Shown here: in pieces, positions 31,301 to 43,300 of the stretch
Layout: the number at the start of each line of letters is the position of its first letter
How positions within the stretch are numbered: position 1 is the first letter of the stretch
Origin: Candidatus Woesearchaeota archaeon
GTDB taxonomy: Archaea; Nanobdellota; Nanobdellia; Woesearchaeales; JBJKQO01
DNA: 64,000 nt
Reading direction: 5' to 3'
NCBI GenBank assembly: GCA_046705145.1
Contig: JBJKQO010000049.1
Span: 591 to 64,590, forward strand
Made by a program: the position numbers and the translations under genes
Notes under the pieces: generated by a model
The model's database searches: none
Seen by the model: the letters and a program-made list of their open reading frames with translations, nothing else
Told to the model about the DNA's origin: nothing

Positions 31301-34300
31301 AATTGTAATGAAGCTCAGTTAGGTTGTATACAGATTTGAGCTGGTTAAAATATGATCTTTTTACTATCAAGATCTGTCCGGCTCTAAACGCAGTTGATAT
31401 AGCAGAATAATTGTATCCAGAGGGGTAATTCAGGCTTCCTGAAAGGATAAGTATGTTATTATTCCAAAACCCATTTGAATATTTGGGAGTTGTTGAGCTA
31501 TATCCTGAAACCGAAGTGTTCAGCACTGCTCCTATGCTTGTCCCAAGCTGCTGTCCGACTGCCTTTGCTCCGTTGTTATAATCTCCTGAGTCTCCTGTCT
31601 CCCATACTGCGACCTTATAGTTCGTATATGGGTCAAGGGACACATTGACCTGGCCGCAGTCCTTGTATAAGCATGTCACGTTGACCGTGACATTGAAAAA
31701 TGAAAGCCTTTCAACATCTATATCTGAAAGTGGATACACCCTTTTGAGGCTTAATGCATAGACTGCAAATACGCGCTTGCTCCAAACATCAGTCTTCACC
31801 CAGTTCTTTGAGGTATCATTGATGTACCATGTCCAGTTTACCGTAACATTATTTGAGTTGATAGTCTTAACCACACTGATGCTCCTGCTATCATTATACC
31901 TCTGTGCAGAATCGTTCCTCCAGACTGAACCATTATACCAGCTGAAGATATAATGGCTTGGGCTTCTTTCAGTAACAGTAACATTGAAGTAGACCCTTGA
32001 GCCAGCACCAGTGCCATTAGTAAGGTTGGTCTTGTTGCCAGACCATGAGGGGGCAGTGAGGTCTGCAATAGTCACGTTCCACCTTATCGTGCGGTTATTG
32101 ACACTCATGTTTGTTGTCATGTTCACGAAAGCGAAAAATTCATAAGTCGAGTTAATATCGCCTGTAGCATTGACATGGAACATCACAACCTGGCTTTGCC
32201 TGCTTGTGAGGCTAATATTATAGGGGTTTCTTGACTTGTTTGTTGCAAAAGGAGTAGCGTTGCTTACAGTGCTTATGATGCTTTTTGATGATGACAAAAG
32301 CATAATATTAACGAAACCTGCTGCGTTGTTTGCTCCGCTCGTGTTGATCTGGTACGTACCTGAATTGTATGAGCTGCCGCCATAACCCCCTCCCTGGTCA
32401 TTTCCGTTTCCGCCGCTATAGCCTCCCCCGCCGCCAGCGCCATCAGAATAAAGCGAGCCGCCCCCACCAAATCCGCCGTAGGATGAACCTCCTGCTCCTC
32501 CGTTTACAAATGACTTTCCGCCGTTTGTTCCTGATATGCTTGAACCATCGCCAGTGAATCCTCCTCCTCCAGCCCCACGCTCATTGCTGTAGCCTGAATC
32601 AGCAGCGCCTCCGTTTCCTGCGGTTCCAGTTGTTGATGCTGTCCTTGCGGCTATCCCTCCATTACCGTTTGAATAAGGATTATTTCCTGCGGCTCCGCCT
32701 CCACCGCCTGCTATGACAAGTATATCTGAGACATCATCAGGAGTTCCGTCAGGCCCGTTTTTGATAACATAGGTCCCGCCACCGCCTCCACCGCCCTCAT
32801 CATTTCCTGATGGGACCTGGCCTACAAGAATATTGATAATTTCTCCTTTTTGAAGAATGAAAGTACCAGACACCTTTGCGCCATATCCTGCTGTCCTATA
32901 ATCTCCATTATCCCCTTTTGCGCCGGCAGCAGTTATCCTATATGTACCGGTCTGCGGAACAGTCCATCTCTGTATGCCTGATGTTACTGTTACCTGTCCT
33001 GAGAGAGTCTTTCCTGAATAAGCAGTGTTGCAGCTTGTCTGGCTTGGGCCTGCTGTCCCTGTAGCGCTGCATGTGGTAAAATTATATGCGGTCCCGACTG
33101 CAGGATCAAGAGTCACGTTTATCTTTCCGCAATCAAGATATAAGCAGGTTATGTTCATCGTCACGTTAAAATATTGCATCCTGTCAACAGTGATGCTTCC
33201 TGAAGGATAGATAAGCTGAAGCCCAAGGCCATACTGATAGTATAAGCTTTTGCTCCAAACATCCGTCTTGACCCTGTTCCCATAGCTGTCATTGATGTAC
33301 CATGTCCAGTTTATCATCCTTCCTTTTATCGTCTTATTTACCTTTACCTTCTGGCCGTCCGTATAGCTGACTGCAGAATCATTTCGCCAGACAGACCCGT
33401 TGTACCAGCTGAAGACATACTTTCCAGGATTCCTTTCAGATATCGTGATATTGAAATAGGCTGATTGTCCTGGGGCGGTCGCTACTGTCAGGTTTGTAAG
33501 ATTCTGCGACCATGAAGGAGAGACCAGGTCAGAGATAGTGACGTTCCAGAAGGAAGTCATGTTGCTTATGTCTGTATCAGAAGTCAGGTTCGCATAAGCG
33601 TTGAAAAGATGGGTGCTTCCAATATTTCCTGTCGCGTTTACATAGAATGTGACCAACTGACTTTGGCCATTATTAAGAGAGATATTGTAAGGGTTTCTAG
33701 ACTTATTCGTGTAAAATGGGGTTGTGCCAGCTTCTATGCTTACAGTTCCTGATTTGATAGATGCACAAGGGCTTGTGTTGATAAGCTGAGCAAACCCGTT
33801 TCCTACAGTTACTGCGCATGCCCCTTCCCAATCACATCCCTGATACCCGGAGAAATCAGAGATCGCCATACCGCCGTTAGGATGGCACATATAATCCAGG
33901 ATGTAAGGTGTGTAAAGGCAAGGGAAGGAAGTTGTGTAATTTACGTCTGTAAAGCCATAATCGGTCTTTAACTGGTTGAAATATGTCCTGTCCATAATAA
34001 TCGTCTTGCCTCCTGAAAAAGCAGTTGATATGGCACTATAATTAAATCCGCTAGGATAATTGTAAGTATATGCAGACGTGACTATGATATCTTTTGTCCA
34101 GAACGGGTGGGAATATACTGGGGGGGTTGCGGAATTGCCGGAAGCAGTCGTGTTGAACGTTATTCCCATGCTTGTTGCGACCTGCTGTGCAGCCGCATAA
34201 GAGCCGGAGGAATAATCCGCTGCATCTCCAAGCTCCCAAACAACAACACTCCGCTGTGATGAGGGATCAAGGCTTACATTGACAGTCCCGCAATCCTGGT

Positions 34301-37300
34301 TTAAGCATGTAACATTCAAGGTCACATTAAAGAAACCAAATTGGGTCACATTGATATTACCCTGAGGATAAACTACCCTTAACCCTAGGCCCACAGGCCT
34401 ATATGTAAGGGTCTTGCTCCAGGTAGGGGTCTTGTTGCGGTGTCCAAAACTATCGTTATAATACCATGTCCAGTTTATGGTTCCTGTCGGTACAGTAACA
34501 TTTTTTGTAACGCTGGCAGGCACATTATCCAGATAAGGTTGCGCTGAATCATTTACCCATTCAGACATGTTATACCAGCTGAAGATGTACATCCCAGGAT
34601 GTGCATCGCTAAAGGTTATGTTAAAATAAAATATTGCAGGGCTAGGCATATATTCTGTCAGGTTTGTCATGTTCAGATTCCATGATCCATATGATGAATC
34701 AAGAGTAAAATTAACAGAATCAGACCCTACATTTCCAAAGAGGTCTTTCACATAGAGGGTCAGGTTGTTATGGCCTTGGGAATATGAAACTTCAGAAAGG
34801 TTCTTGCATTGGGGGATAGAGGTATTTGTTATCCCCCCGTCAAGAGAATAGTAACAGTCATAGGGGTTGTTTTCAGCATAGTTGAAGCTAAGATCTGAGA
34901 TCAGTGAAGCGTAAGTTGTTTCAGAAGGGTACAAGATCGAGACAACTGGGGCTGAAAGATCAACAGTAAACCCCCTTGCAGAAGTTGCAGAGCTTGAGTT
35001 CGTGATGTTATCAAAACATGATACATACCATGAATAAGTGCCATCGGCTATCGGGCGCGTGAAGTTCAGGACTGTCATATTTAACGGATTCTGGATAGTA
35101 AAATTAAGGATATTGTCGATGAAAAGCGAGCAGTTAACACCTTCTCCATTGTAGTACTTGAATGTCAGGTTTGCAGATGCGCTTGAAAATACTGAATTTT
35201 CTTCAGGAGATATCTGGACAACAGTAAACTGGGGCCTTGGGCCCATGGTTGAAAATGAACCTACTGCAGTCTCGTTAGAATTTCCAGCCTCATCAAAGAT
35301 AAAGAACTTGTATGAGAGTATCCCTGAAGTTGCAGTCTTTGCAAAAGAGACAGGGTATGCATTGTAGGACAGGGTTTGGGCAGTCTCATTTACCCATGTT
35401 CCTGAAAAGTTCGTGGACAAGATGACCCTATCAAGCAGATGATCATCAAACGCATTTAGTGTCAGATACACCTGCTCATCATCATAAGCATCTGTATTTG
35501 TCATATTGGCATATGTCGGGGCTGTATTATCAAGATAAACGAAGAACCGGTCACTTGATCTGATATTATTTAGGGGGGTCGCATTATCATAGACATAAAG
35601 GGGAGCATATGAATATCCGCTTGTAGCTAAGCTTGTGGTCAGGCTGGTATTCCAAAGGCTCCAGTGCCCTGTGGTCCTTGATCCTGACCCAAGAACCATC
35701 GTAACGTTCCCCGAGGAATTAAGATATACCAGAGACACCTCTGTAGTGTTGATGCCTGCACCTACATCCTCAGAATCAGAGACATTTACCTTTAAGGAAA
35801 ACCTCTGCCCATCACGGACTGATGATCTTCCTGGCGGATAGACAGCCTGGACATCCTTTGAATAAGGGATGGACCTGTCAATCGTAAAATGGACAAGGTA
35901 TGATGCGGTGTTGCCTGCATAATCATAAGCAGTTGCCGACAGATCATACCCTTCAGACGAATCAGCATAATCTCTGGTGTGCCATGTGCAGCTGTATGGA
36001 GAGGAACTCTCATTGCAGATTGTCACATTGCTTATTGTAGAATTTTTTACACGGTAGACAACATTTTTTATGCCTGTATTGTCGGTTGCAGAAACATAGA
36101 CCGATACATTGCCGTTCACAAATGTGTTGTTTGATGGTGAAACGATAGTCACTGAGGGGGGGACATGATCCATACCTGAAGTGATTGCAAGCGGCAAGTA
36201 ATCATAATTGTTCGCATTAAACACCATATAGGGATCATCGCATATGCTGTCAAGGTCTGAATCAGCACATTTTTGGGAGTATCCTGTCCCAAGGATATTT
36301 GCGTAGAAATTGCCGCCCATATACTGTCCGCCGACGATATTTTGTCCTGCACTGCTTGTCCTGTTCCACAGGTTCTGGCTGGAAGGAAGCTTTATAGGCT
36401 TTGATGCAGAACTGTTGATAAGATTATCGTAGATACGATTTCCTTGTGATTTCCCCGTAAAATATATGTCATACGCTTTTGCCAGTCTTATCGTGTTATT
36501 CGTGAAATTATTATATTTTCCGTCGCTTGCATAGATATTTGAATCCTGGCTTGACGCAAAATAATTTTCCTTTACCGAGCTGTTCTGGCAGGAATAGCAC
36601 TCATACCCCCTATTGTTTTGCACAAAACTGTTGTTTAGCACCGTGGTTGAACCGGCTGATGAATAGACGCCGGTGTACGTCCTGTAAAATACACAGTTTT
36701 GTATCGTAACTTTCGGGAGAGTTGCAGAAATACCCTTTGTTGATGGCTTTAAAGCCCCACTGATCATAGATCCGTCACAGTCTATGATGATATTGCTTGA
36801 ATTTGCCATAAGAACGGTTTTTGTCTTGTTATATGTTCTTGTGCATAGGGTAATATTTGAGTTCACAAAATAACCTAAAGAGTTATTTCTTATCTTCGTA
36901 CCAAACGTACTTGTGTCATCAAGGTTCACGCAAGCATCAGCAAGAGATATCGTGACATACCTTTTTTCTGACTTATTCTGATTATTTAAGGAATCCTTTG
37001 CAAAGATTTGATAATCATATGAGGCTTCACTAAGCGAAGCAGTGGAGTTTTTACTTTGGTTGGCCCACAAAGTCCAGTGAGTCTGATTTTTTCGTTTGAT
37101 GTCTGTTGCATAAATCTCATATACTTCTGTTTTTGTAAGGCTTCTGTTCCAGATCATCACTTCATCAATATAACTATCAACATACCTTGCAGCATAGCCT
37201 CCAATATAGGTTACATTCCCTTTTGGCACAAGACCATCACTATTAAGCGTGTCTGAGTAGACCTTTTTGCCGTCGATATATCCGCTTGGCTCACCATCCT

Positions 37301-40300
37301 TGTCAACAACCATAGCTACATGATGCCAGCCTGTGCCGATGTTTACATTTGTATCGATCCATCGGATGCCTTCATACAGCATGATCAGGTTGTTGCCAGA
37401 ATCATCAAAAGTTGATGCGCCGACCCCTATACCAAAGCCGGTTGATGAATCTCCAATCTTGATGAATGCCCCATCTTCGCTTGCGGAATCCAGGTTAACC
37501 CATGCTGAAGCGCTCAGGTTTCCATTTGTGAGGTTGTATGTTGAAGAAATTGCAACAAGATCATTGCTGCCATCAAAGCTCAGGGCACCACCATACTTTC
37601 CAGAGCTGATGACCTGGGCGCTATATACTGTGCCATTGATCGCATGCATCGATGAATCATTTGCCCTAAATGGGCCTTTTGATGTATTTGAAAGAGTGAC
37701 CAACGAACCTGACACAGCCGTATGAGCAGCGCTTGTAAACGAGCCATTATTGTAGATGTTCTTTCTTGTTGTTCCGTTGCCATCTGTGATGCGTATGTTG
37801 TCCAGGTATCCAGTATACCGTCCAGACGTGTCAGATTCACATACGATATCATAGTACTGGATAGTCTTTCCAACATGAGTTGCAGGGATCGGAATCCTCC
37901 GGTGATACCACTGCTTTAATGCCCTAGATGAAAGCAGCGTATTTGGATGTGCATTAAGGCCATACTGGTCGTTTGCTGTTGACTCCCCCCTTAGTGCAGT
38001 CTCATCAGACGTCGTATAATCAAAAGCTATCTTAGCAGCCGAACTGTCCCAGAAAACATCATATTCAAGATAGTCTCCTGATTGAACAACATAATCAGAA
38101 ACACTTGTAAGATCATAGTACACATAGGAATTTCCGCTTGTTGACATGCTAAATGTTGCATTGATCGACTCTTCAGATGACAATCTGTCCATATCAAGCT
38201 TTAGCAGCAGTGATCTGTTATACAAAGTGAAATTTGTCCCGTTCCAATTATACTTTAAGCTCGCCAGATCAGGTTCAACTATCGTTGCGTTAATCTGCAC
38301 ATATCTTGCAGATTGTGATGAGGCATTTGCAGGCGTAGGAGACGCAAAAGTTATCCTTTGGGCACTTGTTACGCTTTGAGATGTTCCAGTATAATTTCCC
38401 TTAACATACACTGAAACATTGCCATAGTTATTATGATAGCTGTCAGAATTAAGATATGTTGCTTTTGTATCAAATGAAGAGTACCCTCCTGATTCTAAAG
38501 CACAATAATCCCCTGAGCAAGATGACTGACTTGCATATCCTAAAAAGAATGATTCTCCATCCAGCCCTTCATTAAATGACCTGCAGATGTCCAGATATAA
38601 TGTGGAATTGATCCTTCTCGAAATGTTGACGTACTGTTTTTCACAGGTTCTAATTTGAGCTCTCATTGAGGAATTTGTTAGATTTATTGAATAGTCAAAC
38701 CCATTCACATGATCAATAATTCTTATTGATGAGAACGATAGATTATCCCAGGATTTGTAAATTGTTGAGCTTGTTGGATCACTCGAATAGTTGATAGGGG
38801 TGTAATTATGGCTCCAGAAGTACTGTGGCTTAAACACCTGGGCATTTGTCTTTTTTGCAACAAGAGTCCATGGACCATCAGCTGAGGTCATATCACAATA
38901 AACGCTGAATTTGACAATTGGGCCTGAACCATCAGGATCGATCCAATACAATCCATCACCTGTAGAATTTCCGCTTGCAAGTATCTGTGCACAAGATACT
39001 GCAGGTACTTCAGACGACCCATAACCATTAGTAACTGTAACAAACCTTTTTTCTGTTGAATTCTGAAGATTACTTGTATCTTTTGCAAATACCTGGTATG
39101 AATAAGTGCCATCAGACAAACCGGTTGTTGCATTCTTGCTCTGGTTTACATACAAGTTCCAGTATGTTGAATTTATTTTTTGCAGGTTTGAAGCATACTG
39201 TTGGTATACTTCTGCTTTTGTAAGGCTCCTGTTCCACAAAGCAAACGAATCAACATCACCATGGAAAAAGTAATCACTGTCATCAATATCTGTCCCAAAC
39301 CTCACCACTCTGCTGTTAGATAAATCTGTAGCAGCCCATGATGAGCAATCAGTAATATTAGTAATATTTGCATCACGATAGTTTACACAATTGCCGTCCC
39401 TGTCAATAGTGATTGCCACAAAATGCCAATTGCTATCATCCAAATCTATGGTGGCAGTATATGGGCACGTTGCCCCATTACACATGCTTGGGTGGACTGT
39501 ATAGGATGGTGAGCCAAGCCAAAAACCCCATCCGGTATCCGCAGTATCAATAATCTTTTTTGTGACAAACCTTTGATACGTACCATCAAATCGCAGCCAA
39601 AATGTGAATGAGAAATCCTCATTTGCACCAATATCAAGACTATTGTGATCTGCGATATCAATGCGATCATCAACACCATCAAAGTTTAGAGTACGCCCAT
39701 AAACTCCCGTTTCATTCCATGCAGGACTGCCATATATTGTTGCATTGTTCCCATACAAGCTTATGTCTGCAGCATGAGTGCTACTCTCTCCCAAAGCAGA
39801 CACATTGTCAAAGTTTAGCATCAAGACCAATGATTTGTTGTACAATGTGAAATTTGTACCATTCCAATCATACTTTATTTCCTTAAGGTTTGATTCCGTT
39901 ATGCTAATATTTGTCCTTACGTATCTAGCTGATTGTGTTGTTGCATTTGTTGGTGTTGGAGAGAGATAGTGAAGTATCGGATGAATTATATCTGAACTAA
40001 TTGTCAGAACCCTTTTTTCCGTTGAATTTTGGAAATTGTTTGTATCTTTTGCAAATACCTGGTATGAATAAGTGCCATCAGACAAACTGGTCGTTGCATT
40101 CCTTGATTGGTTGACCCACATGTTCCAGTGTGTTGAGTTTATTTTTTGCAGGTTTGAAACATACTGCTGATAGACTTCTGCAGCTGTAAGGCTTCTGTTC
40201 CATATCCTTACTTCGTCAATCTTTCCATCAAAATACTCTCCACCAACATTCCCTTCCCCGATCCTTAAACCAACAGTAGCTGCATTTGGAACATAATTGT

Positions 40301-43300
40301 GACTCCAGTTCCCCACATTTATCCCATTAGCGTAAATGACCATTGTATTTGTAACCCTATTCATAGTAACAACAGCATGGACCCAGCTGCCTATAGGGAC
40401 TGCATAAGAAGACTGATGGGTCTGCCAGGTGCTCCCATCTCCTGTTCCAGCACTTAACTTTCCTGTATCTGAAATCCCCATGTGCCCCTGAGATTTTGCA
40501 GCAGAATCGTGATATATCAGTCCCTTCCACCCAGTCTGGTTTGAATCCCACCTAAACCAGAGAGAATACGAAAAGCTTTTACCTGCACCAAAAGACAGGC
40601 TAGAATCGTTACCGCAATCAATATGATCATTGTTTCCTGCAGTAAAATTATATGCTCCTCCATGTTTCCCATCAGATACATACACTGGGCAACTAGTGCA
40701 ATTTCCATGATTTGCATTTCTTGACGTATCGTTTAGCCTTGTCCAATCATCAAAATTTAGCATCAAGACCAATGAATCGTTGTACATGGTAAAGTTTGTT
40801 CCATTCCAGTTATACTTTATTTCCTTAAGGTTTGATTCTGTTATGCTGATATTTGGCCTTGCATATCTTGTTATTTGACTTGTCGCATTTGATGGTGTTG
40901 GAGATACGAAACTTATCTTTGGTGCTGGATCATATATAATCCATTCATAATTAGTAATATTTGCTTTCCATGCATGATAAGGGTATCCGTCATTTTGATC
41001 AATTTGGGTTGCACTTATGCTCCAAGAAGAGAATGTGCTTATGTTTTTCATGAGTTGTGTTGTTTTTGCAGTCGCTCCAGTTGCAGTATCCTGGTTGCTT
41101 GCACTACTATCAAAGAAATTGTTTTGTGCAGTATCGATATCATCTCCGCAGAATCCCTTATCTGTCGGAGCAGCTGCTCCAGCATAAAAGACACTCCCTA
41201 TACTATAAGAATTTTTTATCGTCGTGTACGTATTGTATCCTACAAACCCCCCAAATGTTGTGGCTGCTTCTCCTGTATTTCGCGTTACATTACCTAAGGA
41301 AAATGAATTATTTATTGTAGTTCCATAACAATATCCGACAAAACCCCCTGTGCTGGAATCACCAATGACATTTCCTGTGCTATAACAGTTCTCAACAACA
41401 CTTGTCCCTTCAGCATCAGTCGTCTCTCTCCAAAGCTGTCCGACAAAACCTCCCGCACGATAGCCTGTGGCGTAGACATCAACACTTGCATATGAGTTTT
41501 TGATATTTGTGATGTATGTAGCGCCAACAAGCCCTCCCATCTGTGAATAGCCTGTAGTACTTGCCTGTGTACTGTTTATGATACCGATCGCATAACAATT
41601 TTCGATCAAGCTATGGTTTGTAGGCCTGGCAACAAGCGCACCCACGCGGTACCTTGCAAGGATGCTGACATTTGTTAGTCCGACATTCCTTAATGTAGCA
41701 TTAGATATTGACCCAAACAACCCCTGGTTGTCCCCGGTAGACCTATTGATGAAAAGCCCATTGATCGTAAGGTTCCTTCCATCAAGATCCCCCTTAAAAG
41801 ATTGCGTTCCGTTCCCTATGGGGATAAACCCTTCTCCATGATTAAATGGGGATATGTTACAATTCACGCTGTTATTAAGAGCATAAAAATAGGTCAATGA
41901 CTCATTTATTGCCTGAAGATCTGAGCAGTCAGTTATCATGCAAGGATCATCCTGCGTTCCAGTTCCTTCCATATTCTCGGGACAATATGAAATTGTTATC
42001 TGCCTAACTTGTGTCGAGTTAGAGTTTACATTTGTGTCCTTTGCAAAGACCTGATATGTATATGTACCTTCACTTAGCCCTACTGTTGAGTTCATGCTCT
42101 GGTTGACATATAGGTTCCAGTGCGTCTGGTTTACCTTATTAAGGTTTGAAGCATATTGTTCATAGATCTCCTCTGATGACAAGGAACGGTTCCATACCCT
42201 AACTTCATCGATCGTGCCATTGAAATTATAACTGGTCCCATCACAACTAGACACACCAATCGTAAGATTCCTGACTGTATCATCAATAGGACCACAGGTA
42301 GAGATGTCGGTAGGGGTGCTATCTTCCTTTCCATCAATATATATCCTTAAGTAATTGCCGTCTTTCACACCGGTGATATGGTGCCATTTTCCATCGTTTA
42401 TGTGGGTCGATCCATGGACTTCAGGAGCACCACATCCAGTATCATCATCGATAATCAAAGCAGAAGATGAAGTCTCCTGTCGATAACCCCACAAGTTATA
42501 CCTTTTCCCTCCTCCACCACAACTGCCTTTAGATATGATCAAATTATACCCTGATGAGACCGTGGTATTTATCCAAGCTGAGACCGTAAAATCATGACTT
42601 CCCATGTTAAAGCTGCTGTCATTACCACAATTGATATAGTCATCATCACCATCAAATTCAAAGGCCCCGCCAAATTTGCCTAAAGATTTCCATACCGGGC
42701 CATTAACTGTACCATCATTTCCTTCCCTACCCAAATCAACAACATAAGTACCATCCTCACCTAATTCGGAAACATTGTCAAAATTCATCATCAGCACAAG
42801 AGAATCATTATATATCGTGAAGTTAGTGCCGTTCCAGTTAAACTTCAACTCTTTTAGGTTAGGCTCAGATATAGACACGTTTATCCTGACAAACCGATTT
42901 GACTGGACACTGTTGTTTGACGGGGTAGGTGAAAGATACTCCAGGTCAGATGTCGAGTAATCATCGCCTACTGACAGGAACCTTTTTCCAGTAGTGTTAG
43001 ACCCGCCAAGAGAGTCGGCCGCAAATGCTGAGTAGCTGTAAAGCCCGTTTGAGAGTCCCAATGTAGCATTCCTGCTCTGGTTGATGTAAAAGTTCCATGT
43101 GTCTGGACCGGTCCTTCCCAGGTTTGATGCGTACATCTCATATATCTCCTGATTCGAAAGGCTGCGGTTCCATATTGAAAACTCGTCTATCCTGCCTATG
43201 AAATATTTCATCTGCGCATCCATCGCATATCCGATAAACGCAGTTCTTGCCCAAGTAAAATCTGACGCTTTTCTTGACCCGTTTGCAACACTGATACCAT